64,000 bases of DNA from an uncultured bacterium (GTDB lineage: Bacteria; Patescibacteriota; Minisyncoccia; Phycocordibacterales; GWA1-40-21). Below the pieces are notes generated by a model. That model was not told the DNA's origin. It worked only from the letters and a program-made list of their open reading frames with translations, and did no database searches. Shown here piece by piece: positions 1 to 9,821 of the stretch. Numbering within the stretch: the stretch's first letter is position 1; every line of letters begins with the position of its first letter. The DNA lies in the NCBI GenBank assembly GCA_903831595.1, contig CAIKXY010000004.1, positions 7,152 to 71,151 on the forward strand, read 5' to 3'. The position numbers and the translations under genes are program-made.

Positions 1-112
1 CCCAAAGTTTCTTTACAACTTCTGATCTTGGCATTGGTCCCTTACCAACTATTTTCTCAAGGTCAGCACTAACTTTTAAAGGCTTCATAAATGCAGAATT
101 TTCTTTTGCCAT
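1..112 (-). CDS. SWIB/MDM2 domain-containing protein (partial, runs off window)
   Basis: Manual translation from ATG at 112: MAKENSAFMKPLKVSADLEKIVGKGPMPRSEVVKKLW, matching the bacterial stand-alone SWIB N-terminus (AFMKP..S..L..IVG..PMPR.EVVKKLW). Not in the ORF track because it is truncated. Confidence 0.85.
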   Translation of the reverse strand, partial: MAKENSAFMKPLKVSADLEKIVGKGPMPRSEVVKKLW

Positions 113-236
113 ATTTTTGTTTGCCGTCCACCTGTCGGAGGATGAGGCTTAAATTATTAAAACTATTAATAAAAGAATTATACTCCTTTATGCTAAGTCT
201 AGCAATACCTTGAAAAAGACGCATAAATAGGTCTAA

Positions 237-656
237 TTATAAGTCTAAAAGATTCAAACCTACTTCATCACTAAATTTTCTATCAACTTCACCCTCAATT
301 GAGTCAATTATAACTTCAAAAGTGGCGCTGACTAGTGCTGAAGTGAGATGCCCACCAAATGAATTGTGTTTTGTGTCAGCGATATTAGCGTGTAAATGCA
401 AATATATTTCTCCATTCATGGTTGAAATATTTCCGACAAGTGGAACAATTTCAAAATCACCACTAAACTCTTTCGAATGATATTTTTTTGTCCCTGTTTC
501 AAATAGACCAATGATAATTTTATTTGCTGCACCAATACCAGAAACTGAGCCAAGCTTAATTTGATTTTCTTTACAAATATTTTTTAGCGTTTCAACAATT
601 TCTTCACCTTTATCAATTCTGACAATGTATTTTGTTGCGATTTTTTTATATTGCAT
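237..656 (-). CDS. PPC domain (DUF296) putative DNA-binding protein
   Basis: 139 aa; RIDKGEEI, SGIGA, FEIVPLVGNI, HLHANIAD, GGHL motifs of DUF296/PPC. Confidence 0.88.
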   Translation of the reverse strand: MQYKKIATKYIVRIDKGEEIVETLKNICKENQIKLGSVSGIGAANKIIIGLFETGTKKYHSKEFSGDFEIVPLVGNISTMNGEIYLHLHANIADTKHNSFGGHLTSALVSATFEVIIDSIEGEVDRKFSDEVGLNLLDL

Positions 657-663
657 TTATATA

Positions 664-1266
664 TTATTTAAAAGGAACTTTATTGTCTTTAAATTTATCC
701 TCTGTAATTTGAATACCAATTTTTCTTGAAAGGACTGAGCGAATTTCTTCAGCAATAAATTTATCAACTTTATCAATAACGACCTCATCCATAACATGAC
801 CAGATTCTTGTTCGGTGCTTAGCATTTTTATATCAACAGTGCTCAAACCGAGTACCTGATATATTAGTGAACGTTTAATATGGACATCTTGTATTTGACG
901 ATATGGAATTAGGGTTTCATATTTATTTATAATACCTGTCTTTATTAAAAAATTAAATTCATCAAATCTGTATGTATAATTTTTGTGTTCAAGCCATGCA
1001 ACTAAAAGCCCAATCGCTGTAGTAAAAACGCCGAACAAAAAAAGTATTATATCTAGAAACATCACAATTGAGGTAACGTTTATATTTGCTGTACTTAAAA
1101 AATTTAAATTTTCAACAACACTGGAAATACCTATAACAATGAACTGTCTCAATAGGCCAACGATCAACGCAAGTAAAAGTATGATTACTCCAACCGTAAC
1201 TCTTCTTAGAGCAAAAAGAAAAAGCGCTTTGTATTCAAGATGCTGTTCTTTGCCCATTGGAATCAT
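664..1266 (-). CDS. Membrane protein with bacterial PH (bPH_2/YdbS-like) domain
   Basis: Two N-terminal TM helices then Y....L.IKTGII.K.E..IPY.QIQDV.I.RS.I.Q.LGL. Confidence 0.75.
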   Translation of the reverse strand: MIPMGKEQHLEYKALFLFALRRVTVGVIILLLALIVGLLRQFIVIGISSVVENLNFLSTANINVTSIVMFLDIILFLFGVFTTAIGLLVAWLEHKNYTYRFDEFNFLIKTGIINKYETLIPYRQIQDVHIKRSLIYQVLGLSTVDIKMLSTEQESGHVMDEVVIDKVDKFIAEEIRSVLSRKIGIQITEDKFKDNKVPFK

Positions 1267-1327
1267 ACTGGTATTATATAATATGTTTGCTAATTATGTA
1301 AATACCTTTGCTAATGTTAATGGTAAT

Positions 1328-1352
1328 GGCGCAACCTTTTATTGGTTGCGCC
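1328..1352. terminator. Hairpin terminator downstream of small ORF 1356-1484
   Basis: GGCGCAACC-ttttatt-GGTTGCGCC, perfect 9-bp stem. Confidence 0.6.
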
Positions 1353-1355
1353 GTT

Positions 1356-1484
1356 TTATTTCTTTTTTTTCTTCAATATTTTCCCGGTTTTAAGGAAATG
1401 TTCTGCACCCCTTTTTCCTCCCAATTTCTGAATTACTTCTACTATAAAATCAATGCTTATATTTCTTAAAACTGATTTTTTCAT
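1356..1484 (-). CDS. Small basic hypothetical protein (42 aa), below the ORF-track cutoff
   Basis: MKKSVLRNISIDFIVEVIQKLGGKRGAEHFLKTGKILKKKKK*; AAGGAG SD upstream and a hairpin immediately after the stop. Confidence 0.6.
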   Translation of the reverse strand: MKKSVLRNISIDFIVEVIQKLGGKRGAEHFLKTGKILKKKKK

Positions 1485-1575
1485 ATCAATCTCCTTGATT
1501 GAATTTTGTACTAACCCCTACAATGATATCAAGAAAGAAATAATTATCAATAATAATTTGTTATAATTAAACTAT

Positions 1576-2814
1576 ATGCAAGTGAAAAAAGAAAAAACGA
1601 TTTTACACATTGATGGGGATGCATTTTTTGTGGGTGTTGAAATGGCAAAAAATCCAAAACTTAAAGGAAAGCCGGTTGTTACTGGTGAAGAAAGAGGTAT
1701 TGTTTCTGCACTTTCATATGAGGCAAAGGCACTTGGTATAAAAAGAGGCATGCCGATATTTAGGGTAAAGCGTGATTTTCCAAAAGTCACAATTCTTCCT
1801 GGAGATTATAAAGCTTATGTTCAATATTCAGGGAAAATGTTTGATATTGTCCGTAGATATGCTGATGATGTTGAGGAATATAGTATTGATGAATGTTTTG
1901 CTGACCTTACTGGAATTGAGCGTTTACATAAAATGAATTATAGGCAAATAGCTGAGCAAATTAAAAAAGAAATAAATGATGAGCTAAATATTTCCGTCTC
2001 GATTGGCCTTGCGCCGACAAAAGTACTATCAAAAGTAGCATCAAAATATGTTAAACCAAATGGCCTTACAATAATTACAAAAGATACCACTTTGGATTAT
2101 CTTTCAAAAACACCAATAGAAAAAATATGGGGTATTGGCCCAAAAACGTCTGACTACTTAAAAAGAAAAGGAATTATAACTGCAAAAGATTTTATCCAAA
2201 AAAATGTTACGTGGATTAGAGAAAATTTATCAAAGCCATACGAAATACTTTGGAATGAATTAAACGGTGAATATCTGATGAAAATTGATCCAATTACAAA
2301 GACTATTTATTCTTCAATACAAAAAACGAGGTCTTTTTATCCGGCAACTAATGAAAAAATATTTTTGCTTTCTCAGCTTTCTAAACACGTGGAAGAAGGT
2401 TGTGCAAAAGCAAGATATTATAAACTTGTTCCAAAAAAAGTTTCATTTTTTCTTAAAACAAAAGATTTTGTAATTAATGAACATCAAATTACACTTAATT
2501 CAACGACAAATGTTCCTGAAATATTAATACCATTGATTGAAGAGAATTTTAATAAAGTTTATAAGAAAAATATTTTGTATAGAACTGCAGGTGTAACTTT
2601 TAATGAACTTATTTCAGATGATATTAATCAGGGTGATTTATTTGGTAATAATAATTTGTCAAAGAAATTTGAAGTGATTCACAAACAAATTGATTCACTT
2701 GAAAATAAATTTGGCAAACATATTGTCTATCTTGCTTCCACGCAAAAAGCAATTAAAAGAAAAGTGAAGGGAACTGACTCAGATGATTTTGATAGAGATT
2801 TGTTGTTTTTGTAA
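1576..2814 (+). CDS. dinB: DNA polymerase IV (Y-family)
   Basis: HIDGDAFF, SYEAK..G, YSIDE, K.LSK.AS...KPNG, WGIG HhH, C-terminal QGDLF clamp motif. Confidence 0.93.
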   Translation: MQVKKEKTILHIDGDAFFVGVEMAKNPKLKGKPVVTGEERGIVSALSYEAKALGIKRGMPIFRVKRDFPKVTILPGDYKAYVQYSGKMFDIVRRYADDVEEYSIDECFADLTGIERLHKMNYRQIAEQIKKEINDELNISVSIGLAPTKVLSKVASKYVKPNGLTIITKDTTLDYLSKTPIEKIWGIGPKTSDYLKRKGIITAKDFIQKNVTWIRENLSKPYEILWNELNGEYLMKIDPITKTIYSSIQKTRSFYPATNEKIFLLSQLSKHVEEGCAKARYYKLVPKKVSFFLKTKDFVINEHQITLNSTTNVPEILIPLIEENFNKVYKKNILYRTAGVTFNELISDDINQGDLFGNNNLSKKFEVIHKQIDSLENKFGKHIVYLASTQKAIKRKVKGTDSDDFDRDLLFL

Positions 2815-2841
2815 ATAATACTTATTTGATACAATACCAAT

Positions 2842-5800
2842 ATGGAAGGTGGACCAAAAAATACAAATGAATTAGAAAAACAGGCCTTGATTGATGAGGT
2901 GGTATTAAATCTTAAAGGTGGTTTTATTGATAAAGCTTATAAAATTATAAAAGATAAGCCATTTGCTGATGAAATTATTAAATTACCCATAATACAGAAA
3001 CTCGCAACTGAAGAAATGGTAAGTAAAATTGATTATTTAAAATTTAATGACGCTATTAGAGTTAAAAAAATTTATGATATTCCGGATAAAGTAATAGAGT
3101 CCAAAGATATACAACTCAGTATTAAAAAAAGTGTTTTTTCTTTATTAAGTTACTCATTGATTTTTAATGATAATTCAATTAGGGAAAATAATAAATATTT
3201 ACCTCTAATAACAAATGATGAAATTAAAAAAGAGATAATACTAAAAATTACGGATGCTATGGGTCATACTGACCTAATCAAGCAATTAGAAAATATAGCA
3301 GAAACATTTTCTATACCTGATAAAATAATTAATTCTCCGGAAGTACAAAAATCGGCAATAAAATCCATGATTTCAAATATTGATATTGGTAACTTTGATA
3401 TATTCATAAAAATAAAAAATAAATTTAATATTTCTGATGAAATTTTAAATTTAAATAAAATATACAAATCAGTAATTAGCGGAGTGAAACGTTGTATAGA
3501 ATCAAATTATAAAGATAAAGAATTAGCAGGTATTATTAAATATTTTAATGTCCCCCAAAATGAAATACAGAAAATTGCTATAAAAGCAATGATAGATACA
3601 TTTGTTAGTGACAGTAAAAATAATGAGTATAGTGAATATAAAAAAATTATAAAAAAATATTCTATATCTGATGAAATATTAAAAAAAATTAAAACACAAC
3701 ATGAAGTTTTAGATAAATTACTAAATGATGATTTTTTTCAACCAAAATTGATTCAAAAAGTTAAAGAGGCATTTTTTATTACTGATGAAACCTTAAAATC
3801 GCAAGGTGTCAAAAATATTGTTATCAATAGTATTGTGAATTCGCTTGCAGATGACAATGTTAATAGATTTATAAAAATTAAAAAAGCCTTTAAAATATCA
3901 GACAATGAACTAATATCTCCTGATATACAGCAAACTGGTTTGAAAAAAATATACGCAAATTTTTCTGATAATTATAAAGGTAGTTTTTCAGGAATTATAA
4001 ATCTAATTGAAAAATTATCTATTCCTGACGAAATATTAAATTCTAAAGAAATGCAGAGAAATGCTATTGATGGTATAGCACACAAACTTAATGATTTTAA
4101 AGAAGAAGGTAGCTCTTACATACTGAAGATAATTGATAAATTTCAAATAAATGATGACGTACTAAAATTACCAAGGATACAAAAAGCAGCAAAAAATGCT
4201 GTAATTAATTGCATATATTACTGGGATTCAAATGGGGCTTTGGAAATAATAAAAAGATTTGGATTATCAAATGAATTATTAAAATCTTCTAAAGCTCAAA
4301 AAACTATTATGACTAGTATTGGGCTTTCTCTTAGTCAAGGTTTCATTGATACTGCATTAGAAATACAAAAAAAGTTTTCAATAAGCGATGATATATTTAA
4401 ATTACCCGATATGCAAAAATATATTATTGATGGAGTCACTTATTTATTAAGTATTAATCATGGCAGAGAAATTGACCAAGTAGTAAAAATGCTAGAAAAA
4501 TTTCAAATCAATAAAGATATTTTATCTAAAATGTTAACAGAAGATATAATCAGTTTTTTAGTAAATTACGGCCGTGCTCCTGAATATGTAAAGAGAATCC
4601 AATCATTATCATTGTCTGATAAATTATTTCAGTCCACTGAAATACAAGAGGTAGCAATTCAAACTATAATTAATAAATTTAAAGATAATAAATATGTTGA
4701 TGCATTGGAAATAATAGAAAGACTAAATGTTGAGATTCCAATAGAAAAGCTATTTGCTTTGCTTCCAAAATTTAAAAAATTAATAATTGAAGTTGAAAAA
4801 ATATATCCGAAATTGAAAGAAAAAATATACAAATCAAAATCATCTGAATTAAAGTATGAACTAATAAAAATATCAATTAAAAATTCTGATACAAAAGAAT
4901 TTATTAGTGCAATTAAAGATAATCCGTTTTTAATGGATGCCGTTGATAGAAATGAACAGTATGGCCCACACCTTCTAGCTAAATACATTGAATTTGATGG
5001 ATATTCAAAAGAAAATATTTCAATGCTTTTTGATACAAAAAAGAAAATTATGTCTGAGAATCCTGATATTGACCCTGAATCAGTTGAATTTAGAATATTA
5101 ATGCAAGAATCGTTGATGGATTTCAAAGATAATAAAAAGATTATTGCTGAAATAGAGAAGTCAGGAATAAAATCACAAGAGTGGTTAAACTACGAAGAAA
5201 CAACGAATTTCACACTAAATTCAGCAGAAGGAACACTTTCTTTTGCAGAAACAGTACAAACTCCATTAAATAGAATAAAAGAAACTATTGGTAGTTATTC
5301 AAATAAGATAAAAGAAGTTCTCAAACAATACATTGAAGAACTCAAAAAAGCACAGATTCCGATTGAAGATGCATCACAAATACAGTCACAGATACAAAAG
5401 ATGGAGAGTGAGTTAGAAAAAGCCAAGGTAGAAGGTAATGAGAGAAAAGTGCAGGGGATTGAAAAAGGATTATTGGGAATGAGAAAGAAACTTGAAACAA
5501 TCAAAACTGTTTCAGTTTGGGAAAAAATACTTAGTGACATTAGTGGATTTGATATGTTGAAGAATGATATCTCTTCTGCACAAGAAAAACTTACTGATGC
5601 TGAAAACCAGATTTATTCAGCAATGTCCGAAAAAGAACCGTCTGGCAAAAAGATTACCGAACTCAAAAAGATTTTGGGCGATTCAAAACGTGATTTCCAG
5701 GATAAATTTATGATGCTTGGAAAAAGAATTGCTAATTTCAAAGAAAGTTTGCTTGATAGACTATCATCTCTTGGCAAAGAACGTGCAGAATCATTAATCC

Positions 5801-6996
5801 AAGAAATAGAACAAGGACTAGCTGAGCAATTTGCTCACTATGATACCGATAAAGATACATTGCAGAACTTATTTGGTGAAAAGATGGAAAAAGATAAAGA
5901 AGTACTTGAATCAAGACCTATGAGTATTTTTGTTTGGGCAAGAAACCCAGATGTAGACCTATATCAAGGTAATTATTCACCTTGTTGTATTTGTATAGAT
6001 AGCGCACATATGGGAGCAGAATCAACAATAGCAGACTACGCTACTGATCTTGGAGTACAGATTGTAAATATCTGGGATGAAACTACAAATAAACCGGTAA
6101 CGGCTGCTTGGTGTTGGATAGGTGAAGATGATGCAGGTAAGCCAGCACTTGTAGTGGACAATGTCGAGTCAAATACTTTGTATAGTTCAAATTATTCTGA
6201 ACAACTCTCAAAAGAGTTACTAGATTATATAAAAGGATACGGAAAAGCTATTGGCATAAATAAAGTAGTACTTGGTAAAGCAAACAACGATTTGCCTAGT
6301 GCAAGTATAATGTCAAAATTGAAAGATAACGAAAAAACATTTACTAAACTTGGTGGTGCAAACCGTGCAGATAGTTATTTCCTTGAAGCTGAAGATGAAA
6401 ATGTAAAAGTAATATGGGATAAAGCAGAAAAAATTGAAAAGAAATCAAAAACTGAAGAAAAAGAAAGAATAAAATTTAATGATATTAGTATAAAATCTAT
6501 TGAAAATACTGATTTTGATTCTATAAAAAAACTAGAGAAAATTATTTACAGTGATGATTTAGCAATAGGTCAAGAAATGATAGAGGAATTGAAACACAGT
6601 AATGGTATGGAATATTCATTTATTGTGGAGGGTGTTCCGGAAGGTAAAACTGAAGTAGAACCTATAGGATATTTGGTTGCCACAGAAGATGAAACAGATG
6701 AGGGTGAACCATGTGTATATTTGGATGACATAGCTGTATTACCAGAAGCACAAAAACAAGGAATCGGTTGGAAAATGTTCAAAAATATAATTGATATATT
6801 AAAAACGAAAGCACAAGCCAAAAACCAACCTATACTCTTTGATATGCACTTGAGAAATTCATCAAGGGAGATGCTGGACAAACACATTAATGACCTAAAA
6901 GCTCTTGGAGTTGAAATGACTGAAGAAGCATTCGTACCTGACCACTATGATGAAGGAGATGATGCGGTGTATAGGGTATATAAGGTTAGTATATAA
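2842..6996 (+). CDS. Large protein: ~14 N-terminal ~38-40 aa helical repeats, coiled coil, Cys-Cys domain, C-terminal GNAT acetyltransferase
   Basis: Repeat consensus I..KF.ISDEIL.S.EIQ..AI..I; C-terminal YLDDIAVLPEAQKQGIGWKM is GNAT motif A. Confidence 0.7.
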   Translation: MEGGPKNTNELEKQALIDEVVLNLKGGFIDKAYKIIKDKPFADEIIKLPIIQKLATEEMVSKIDYLKFNDAIRVKKIYDIPDKVIESKDIQLSIKKSVFSLLSYSLIFNDNSIRENNKYLPLITNDEIKKEIILKITDAMGHTDLIKQLENIAETFSIPDKIINSPEVQKSAIKSMISNIDIGNFDIFIKIKNKFNISDEILNLNKIYKSVISGVKRCIESNYKDKELAGIIKYFNVPQNEIQKIAIKAMIDTFVSDSKNNEYSEYKKIIKKYSISDEILKKIKTQHEVLDKLLNDDFFQPKLIQKVKEAFFITDETLKSQGVKNIVINSIVNSLADDNVNRFIKIKKAFKISDNELISPDIQQTGLKKIYANFSDNYKGSFSGIINLIEKLSIPDEILNSKEMQRNAIDGIAHKLNDFKEEGSSYILKIIDKFQINDDVLKLPRIQKAAKNAVINCIYYWDSNGALEIIKRFGLSNELLKSSKAQKTIMTSIGLSLSQGFIDTALEIQKKFSISDDIFKLPDMQKYIIDGVTYLLSINHGREIDQVVKMLEKFQINKDILSKMLTEDIISFLVNYGRAPEYVKRIQSLSLSDKLFQSTEIQEVAIQTIINKFKDNKYVDALEIIERLNVEIPIEKLFALLPKFKKLIIEVEKIYPKLKEKIYKSKSSELKYELIKISIKNSDTKEFISAIKDNPFLMDAVDRNEQYGPHLLAKYIEFDGYSKENISMLFDTKKKIMSENPDIDPESVEFRILMQESLMDFKDNKKIIAEIEKSGIKSQEWLNYEETTNFTLNSAEGTLSFAETVQTPLNRIKETIGSYSNKIKEVLKQYIEELKKAQIPIEDASQIQSQIQKMESELEKAKVEGNERKVQGIEKGLLGMRKKLETIKTVSVWEKILSDISGFDMLKNDISSAQEKLTDAENQIYSAMSEKEPSGKKITELKKILGDSKRDFQDKFMMLGKRIANFKESLLDRLSSLGKERAESLIQEIEQGLAEQFAHYDTDKDTLQNLFGEKMEKDKEVLESRPMSIFVWARNPDVDLYQGNYSPCCICIDSAHMGAESTIADYATDLGVQIVNIWDETTNKPVTAAWCWIGEDDAGKPALVVDNVESNTLYSSNYSEQLSKELLDYIKGYGKAIGINKVVLGKANNDLPSASIMSKLKDNEKTFTKLGGANRADSYFLEAEDENVKVIWDKAEKIEKKSKTEEKERIKFNDISIKSIENTDFDSIKKLEKIIYSDDLAIGQEMIEELKHSNGMEYSFIVEGVPEGKTEVEPIGYLVATEDETDEGEPCVYLDDIAVLPEAQKQGIGWKMFKNIIDILKTKAQAKNQPILFDMHLRNSSREMLDKHINDLKALGVEMTEEAFVPDHYDEGDDAVYRVYKVSI

Positions 6997-7055
6997 ATTT
7001 ATAACTTTTAATTCCAATAAATCATTTTTTTACGCATCTCGAGCGTCGCTCGACT

Positions 7056-7129
7056 TGGCTGGGGAACAGGGACTCGAACCCCGATACCATGCGCCAAAGG
7101 CATGTGTCCTACCATTAGACGATTCCCCA
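7056..7129 (-). tRNA. tRNA-Gln(UUG), CCA encoded
   Basis: Reverse complement TGGGGAATCGTCTAATGGTAGGACACATGCCTTTGGCGCATGGTATCGGGGTTCGAGTCCCTGTTCCCCAGCCA; anticodon arm CATGC-CTTTGGC-GCATG; U1-A72. Confidence 0.96.
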
Positions 7130-7227
7130 ATATTTGAAACGAATTAAGAATACAAGAAAAATCAATATTATTCAAGTTTAATTATAAATATTTGCGATAT
7201 AAAATATTAACTGTATAATCAATTACT

Positions 7228-8022
7228 GTGAATATAATTGAAGTAAAAAATCTTGTAAAAAAATTTGGAGACTTTATCGCTGTTGATAATATTTCTTTTG
7301 ATGTTAAACGCGGAGAAATATTTGCATTTCTTGGACCAAACGGAGCAGGGAAGTCAACAACGATTAAAATGCTTACAACTCTTTTAAATCCAACATCTGG
7401 AAGCTTACTTTTAGATGGAAATAATCCGGTGCTTGATTCCAATAAAGTTAGAAAGTCATTTGGTATAGTTTTTCAAGACCCAAGCCTTGATGATGAGCTT
7501 ACAGCTTGGGAAAATATGGAATTTCATGGTGTTTTATATGACGTTCCAAAGAAATTAAGAAGAGAAAGAATTGAATATCTATTAAAATTTGTGGAACTTT
7601 GGGATAGAAAAAATAGCTTAGTAAAAGAATTTTCTGGTGGAATGAAAAGAAGACTTGAGATTGCTCGTGGGCTTTTGCACCATCCTAAGATTATTTTTCT
7701 TGATGAACCCACTCTTGGTCTTGACCCACAAACAAGAAATCATATGTGGAATTATTTGAAAGAATTAAATAAAAATGAAGGAACAACAATTTTCTTTACA
7801 ACCCACTATATGGAGGAGGCAGAGAAAATTGCCCAAAGGATTTCAATTATTGATAATGGTAAAATTATCGCATCTGGAACCGCAGAAGAATTAAAAACAA
7901 AAGCTAACGCAAAATCACTTGAAGAAGCATTTTTGAGTTTAACTGGTAAAACAATTAGAAATGAAGATACTGGATCAAAAGACAGTATGAGAATGCATCG
8001 TAGAATGTGGACTAAAAGATAA
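7228..8022 (+). CDS. ABC-2 type (DrrA-like) transporter ATP-binding protein
   Basis: GPNGAGKST, FSGGMKRR, FLDEPT, TTHYMEEA. Confidence 0.92.
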   Translation: MNIIEVKNLVKKFGDFIAVDNISFDVKRGEIFAFLGPNGAGKSTTIKMLTTLLNPTSGSLLLDGNNPVLDSNKVRKSFGIVFQDPSLDDELTAWENMEFHGVLYDVPKKLRRERIEYLLKFVELWDRKNSLVKEFSGGMKRRLEIARGLLHHPKIIFLDEPTLGLDPQTRNHMWNYLKELNKNEGTTIFFTTHYMEEAEKIAQRISIIDNGKIIASGTAEELKTKANAKSLEEAFLSLTGKTIRNEDTGSKDSMRMHRRMWTKR

Positions 8023-8027
8023 ATATT

Positions 8028-8774
8028 ATGAAAACAATATATATACTTTGGTTAAGACAATTAAAAAGATATGTGAGATCAAAATCAAGAATGATTGGTT
8101 CTCTTGCTCAACCTTTGCTTTTTCTGGTTTCTTTGAGTTTTGGTTTTGGACCAATTTTCCAAAAAGCTGGTGATGGAAACTATCTAAATTTTCTTGTTCC
8201 GGGAATTATTGGAATGAGTATAATTTTTTCTGCAGTTTTTTCTGGTATGGAAATTATTTGGGATAGGCAATTTGGTTTTTTGAAAGAAACTTTAGTGGCT
8301 CCTGTGTCACGATTTAATATTATGTTTGGAAGAACACTTGGTGGAGCGACAATGTCAGTTGCCCAGGGTCTAATCGTATTTTTTATTTCATTATTTTTAG
8401 GTTTTAGACCTACAAGCTGGATAATATTTCCATTTGTACTTTTAGTAATGTTTTTAGTTGCTATTTTATTTACCGCACTTGGAACGATGATTGCATCGCT
8501 TCTTGAAGATATGCAAGGTTTTCAACTCATCATAAACTTTCTTGTTATGCCATTATTTTTCTTATCAGGAGCAATCTTTCCACTTCAAGGTTTACCAAAA
8601 GCTCTAAGTATAATCTCTTCGCTTGATCCACTTGCATATGGTATTGATGCTTTTAGAAGCCTGCTGATTAACGTCACACACTTTGGACTTGGGACTGACA
8701 TTTTAGTGTTATCTATTACATCACTCATTTTTTTGGGCTTAGGAAGTTATTTTTTCTCAAAAATTCAAATATAA
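8028..8774 (+). CDS. ABC-2 type (DrrB-like) permease
   Basis: Six TM segments; WDRQFGFLKETLVAPVSR, FFLSGAIFP; follows the ATPase gene. Confidence 0.9.
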   Translation: MKTIYILWLRQLKRYVRSKSRMIGSLAQPLLFLVSLSFGFGPIFQKAGDGNYLNFLVPGIIGMSIIFSAVFSGMEIIWDRQFGFLKETLVAPVSRFNIMFGRTLGGATMSVAQGLIVFFISLFLGFRPTSWIIFPFVLLVMFLVAILFTALGTMIASLLEDMQGFQLIINFLVMPLFFLSGAIFPLQGLPKALSIISSLDPLAYGIDAFRSLLINVTHFGLGTDILVLSITSLIFLGLGSYFFSKIQI

Positions 8775-8808
8775 ATACTAGACACTTTTTGTGATAGAAT
8801 AATTCTTG

Positions 8809-9390
8809 ATGAATAAATCTGACATAGAAATTATTATTAAATATCTAAATGGCGACAAAAATAGTTTTACTGAAATTGTAAATCGCTATTTAAAGGTAAT
8901 ATATAATTTTATATATAGGTTTGTTGGTAATGAAAAAATTGCAGAGGATATTACCCAAGAAACTTTTTTAAAAGCATGGAAAAATCTGAAGAAATTTGAT
9001 GCAACAAAAAGTTTTAAAACTTGGGTTTTTTCTATTGCAAAAAACACAGCTATTGATTATTTACGAAAAAAGAAAGATATTCCAATTTCAATGTTTGATA
9101 ATGATAATGGTGAAAATATTATAGAAGACACACTTACTGATGAAGAATTAAAAGCTGATGAAGTATACATAATGGCAGAAAATAAAAAACAGGTTGAGAA
9201 TGTTTTAACTAAATTAACACCAATTCAAAAAGAAGTTGTGATATTAAAATATGTAAGTGAACTGTCTTTGTCAGAAGTCTCAGAAATAATGAATATACCA
9301 AGAGAAACAGTAAAAAGTCACCACAGAAGGGCTTTAATAAAAATGAAGAAATTACTTGAAGAAAAACATGCACCCAAATTATCAAAATGA
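8809..9390 (+). CDS. ECF RNA polymerase sigma factor (sigma-70 group 4)
   Basis: AEDITQETFLKAW, FKTWVFSIAKN.AIDYLRK (region 2); LS..EVSEIMNIP.ETVKS (region 4). ATG at 8809 preferred over TTG at 8806. Confidence 0.92.
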   Translation: MNKSDIEIIIKYLNGDKNSFTEIVNRYLKVIYNFIYRFVGNEKIAEDITQETFLKAWKNLKKFDATKSFKTWVFSIAKNTAIDYLRKKKDIPISMFDNDNGENIIEDTLTDEELKADEVYIMAENKKQVENVLTKLTPIQKEVVILKYVSELSLSEVSEIMNIPRETVKSHHRRALIKMKKLLEEKHAPKLSK

Positions 9391-9397
9391 GCGTATA
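9369..9397 (+). promoter_or_regulatory. Candidate ECF-sigma promoter overlapping the end of the sigma gene
   Basis: TGCACC-N17-CGTATA, resembling SigM/SigW-type -35/-10 elements; 9 nt upstream of ATG 9407. Confidence 0.5.
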
Positions 9398-9406
9398 AAC
9401 AAATGT

Positions 9407-9808
9407 ATGGATAGCAAAAATCAATTATTTAATATTATAGAGCCTAAAAATCAGCTAAAAAAATCAGTTATTGGCAAGATTAAGGCGTTAGAAATGAAAA
9501 AAACTATTAATAATGTGGTTTTTAGCTCATTAATTTCGCTTGCTTCGATAGCTTCGATTGTTTTTTTTATAATAAATATTATTAATGACGCAAGCAAATC
9601 TGGGCTATCACAATATTTATCACTCATATTTTCTGACGGAAAGTTAATTGCTTCTTATTGGCAAACATATGTTTTGTCTGTTGTAGAGTCACTACCAATA
9701 ATTCCAATCGCAATAGTTGTTGCTTCATTTTCAATTTTTGTATGGTCACTAAATAAGTTCTTAGAAAATATTAGAAATACAAAGTCGGTATTTTATAAAA
9801 TTAATTAA
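9407..9808 (+). CDS. Membrane protein, putative anti-sigma factor
   Basis: Directly after the ECF sigma, two TM segments; start chosen at MDSKNQL rather than 9356. Confidence 0.55.
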   Translation: MDSKNQLFNIIEPKNQLKKSVIGKIKALEMKKTINNVVFSSLISLASIASIVFFIINIINDASKSGLSQYLSLIFSDGKLIASYWQTYVLSVVESLPIIPIAIVVASFSIFVWSLNKFLENIRNTKSVFYKIN

Positions 9809-9821
9809 TTATAAATATTAT

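Noticed and set aside
123-149. GC-rich imperfect palindrome upstream of the SWIB gene
   Set aside because: Single short copy in the window; cannot distinguish a REP remnant from a leader hairpin
7030-7056. Integrative island at tRNA-Gln
   Set aside because: No integrase or duplicated tRNA 3' end seen; TCGAGCG-t-CGCTCGA is explained as a terminator-like hairpin
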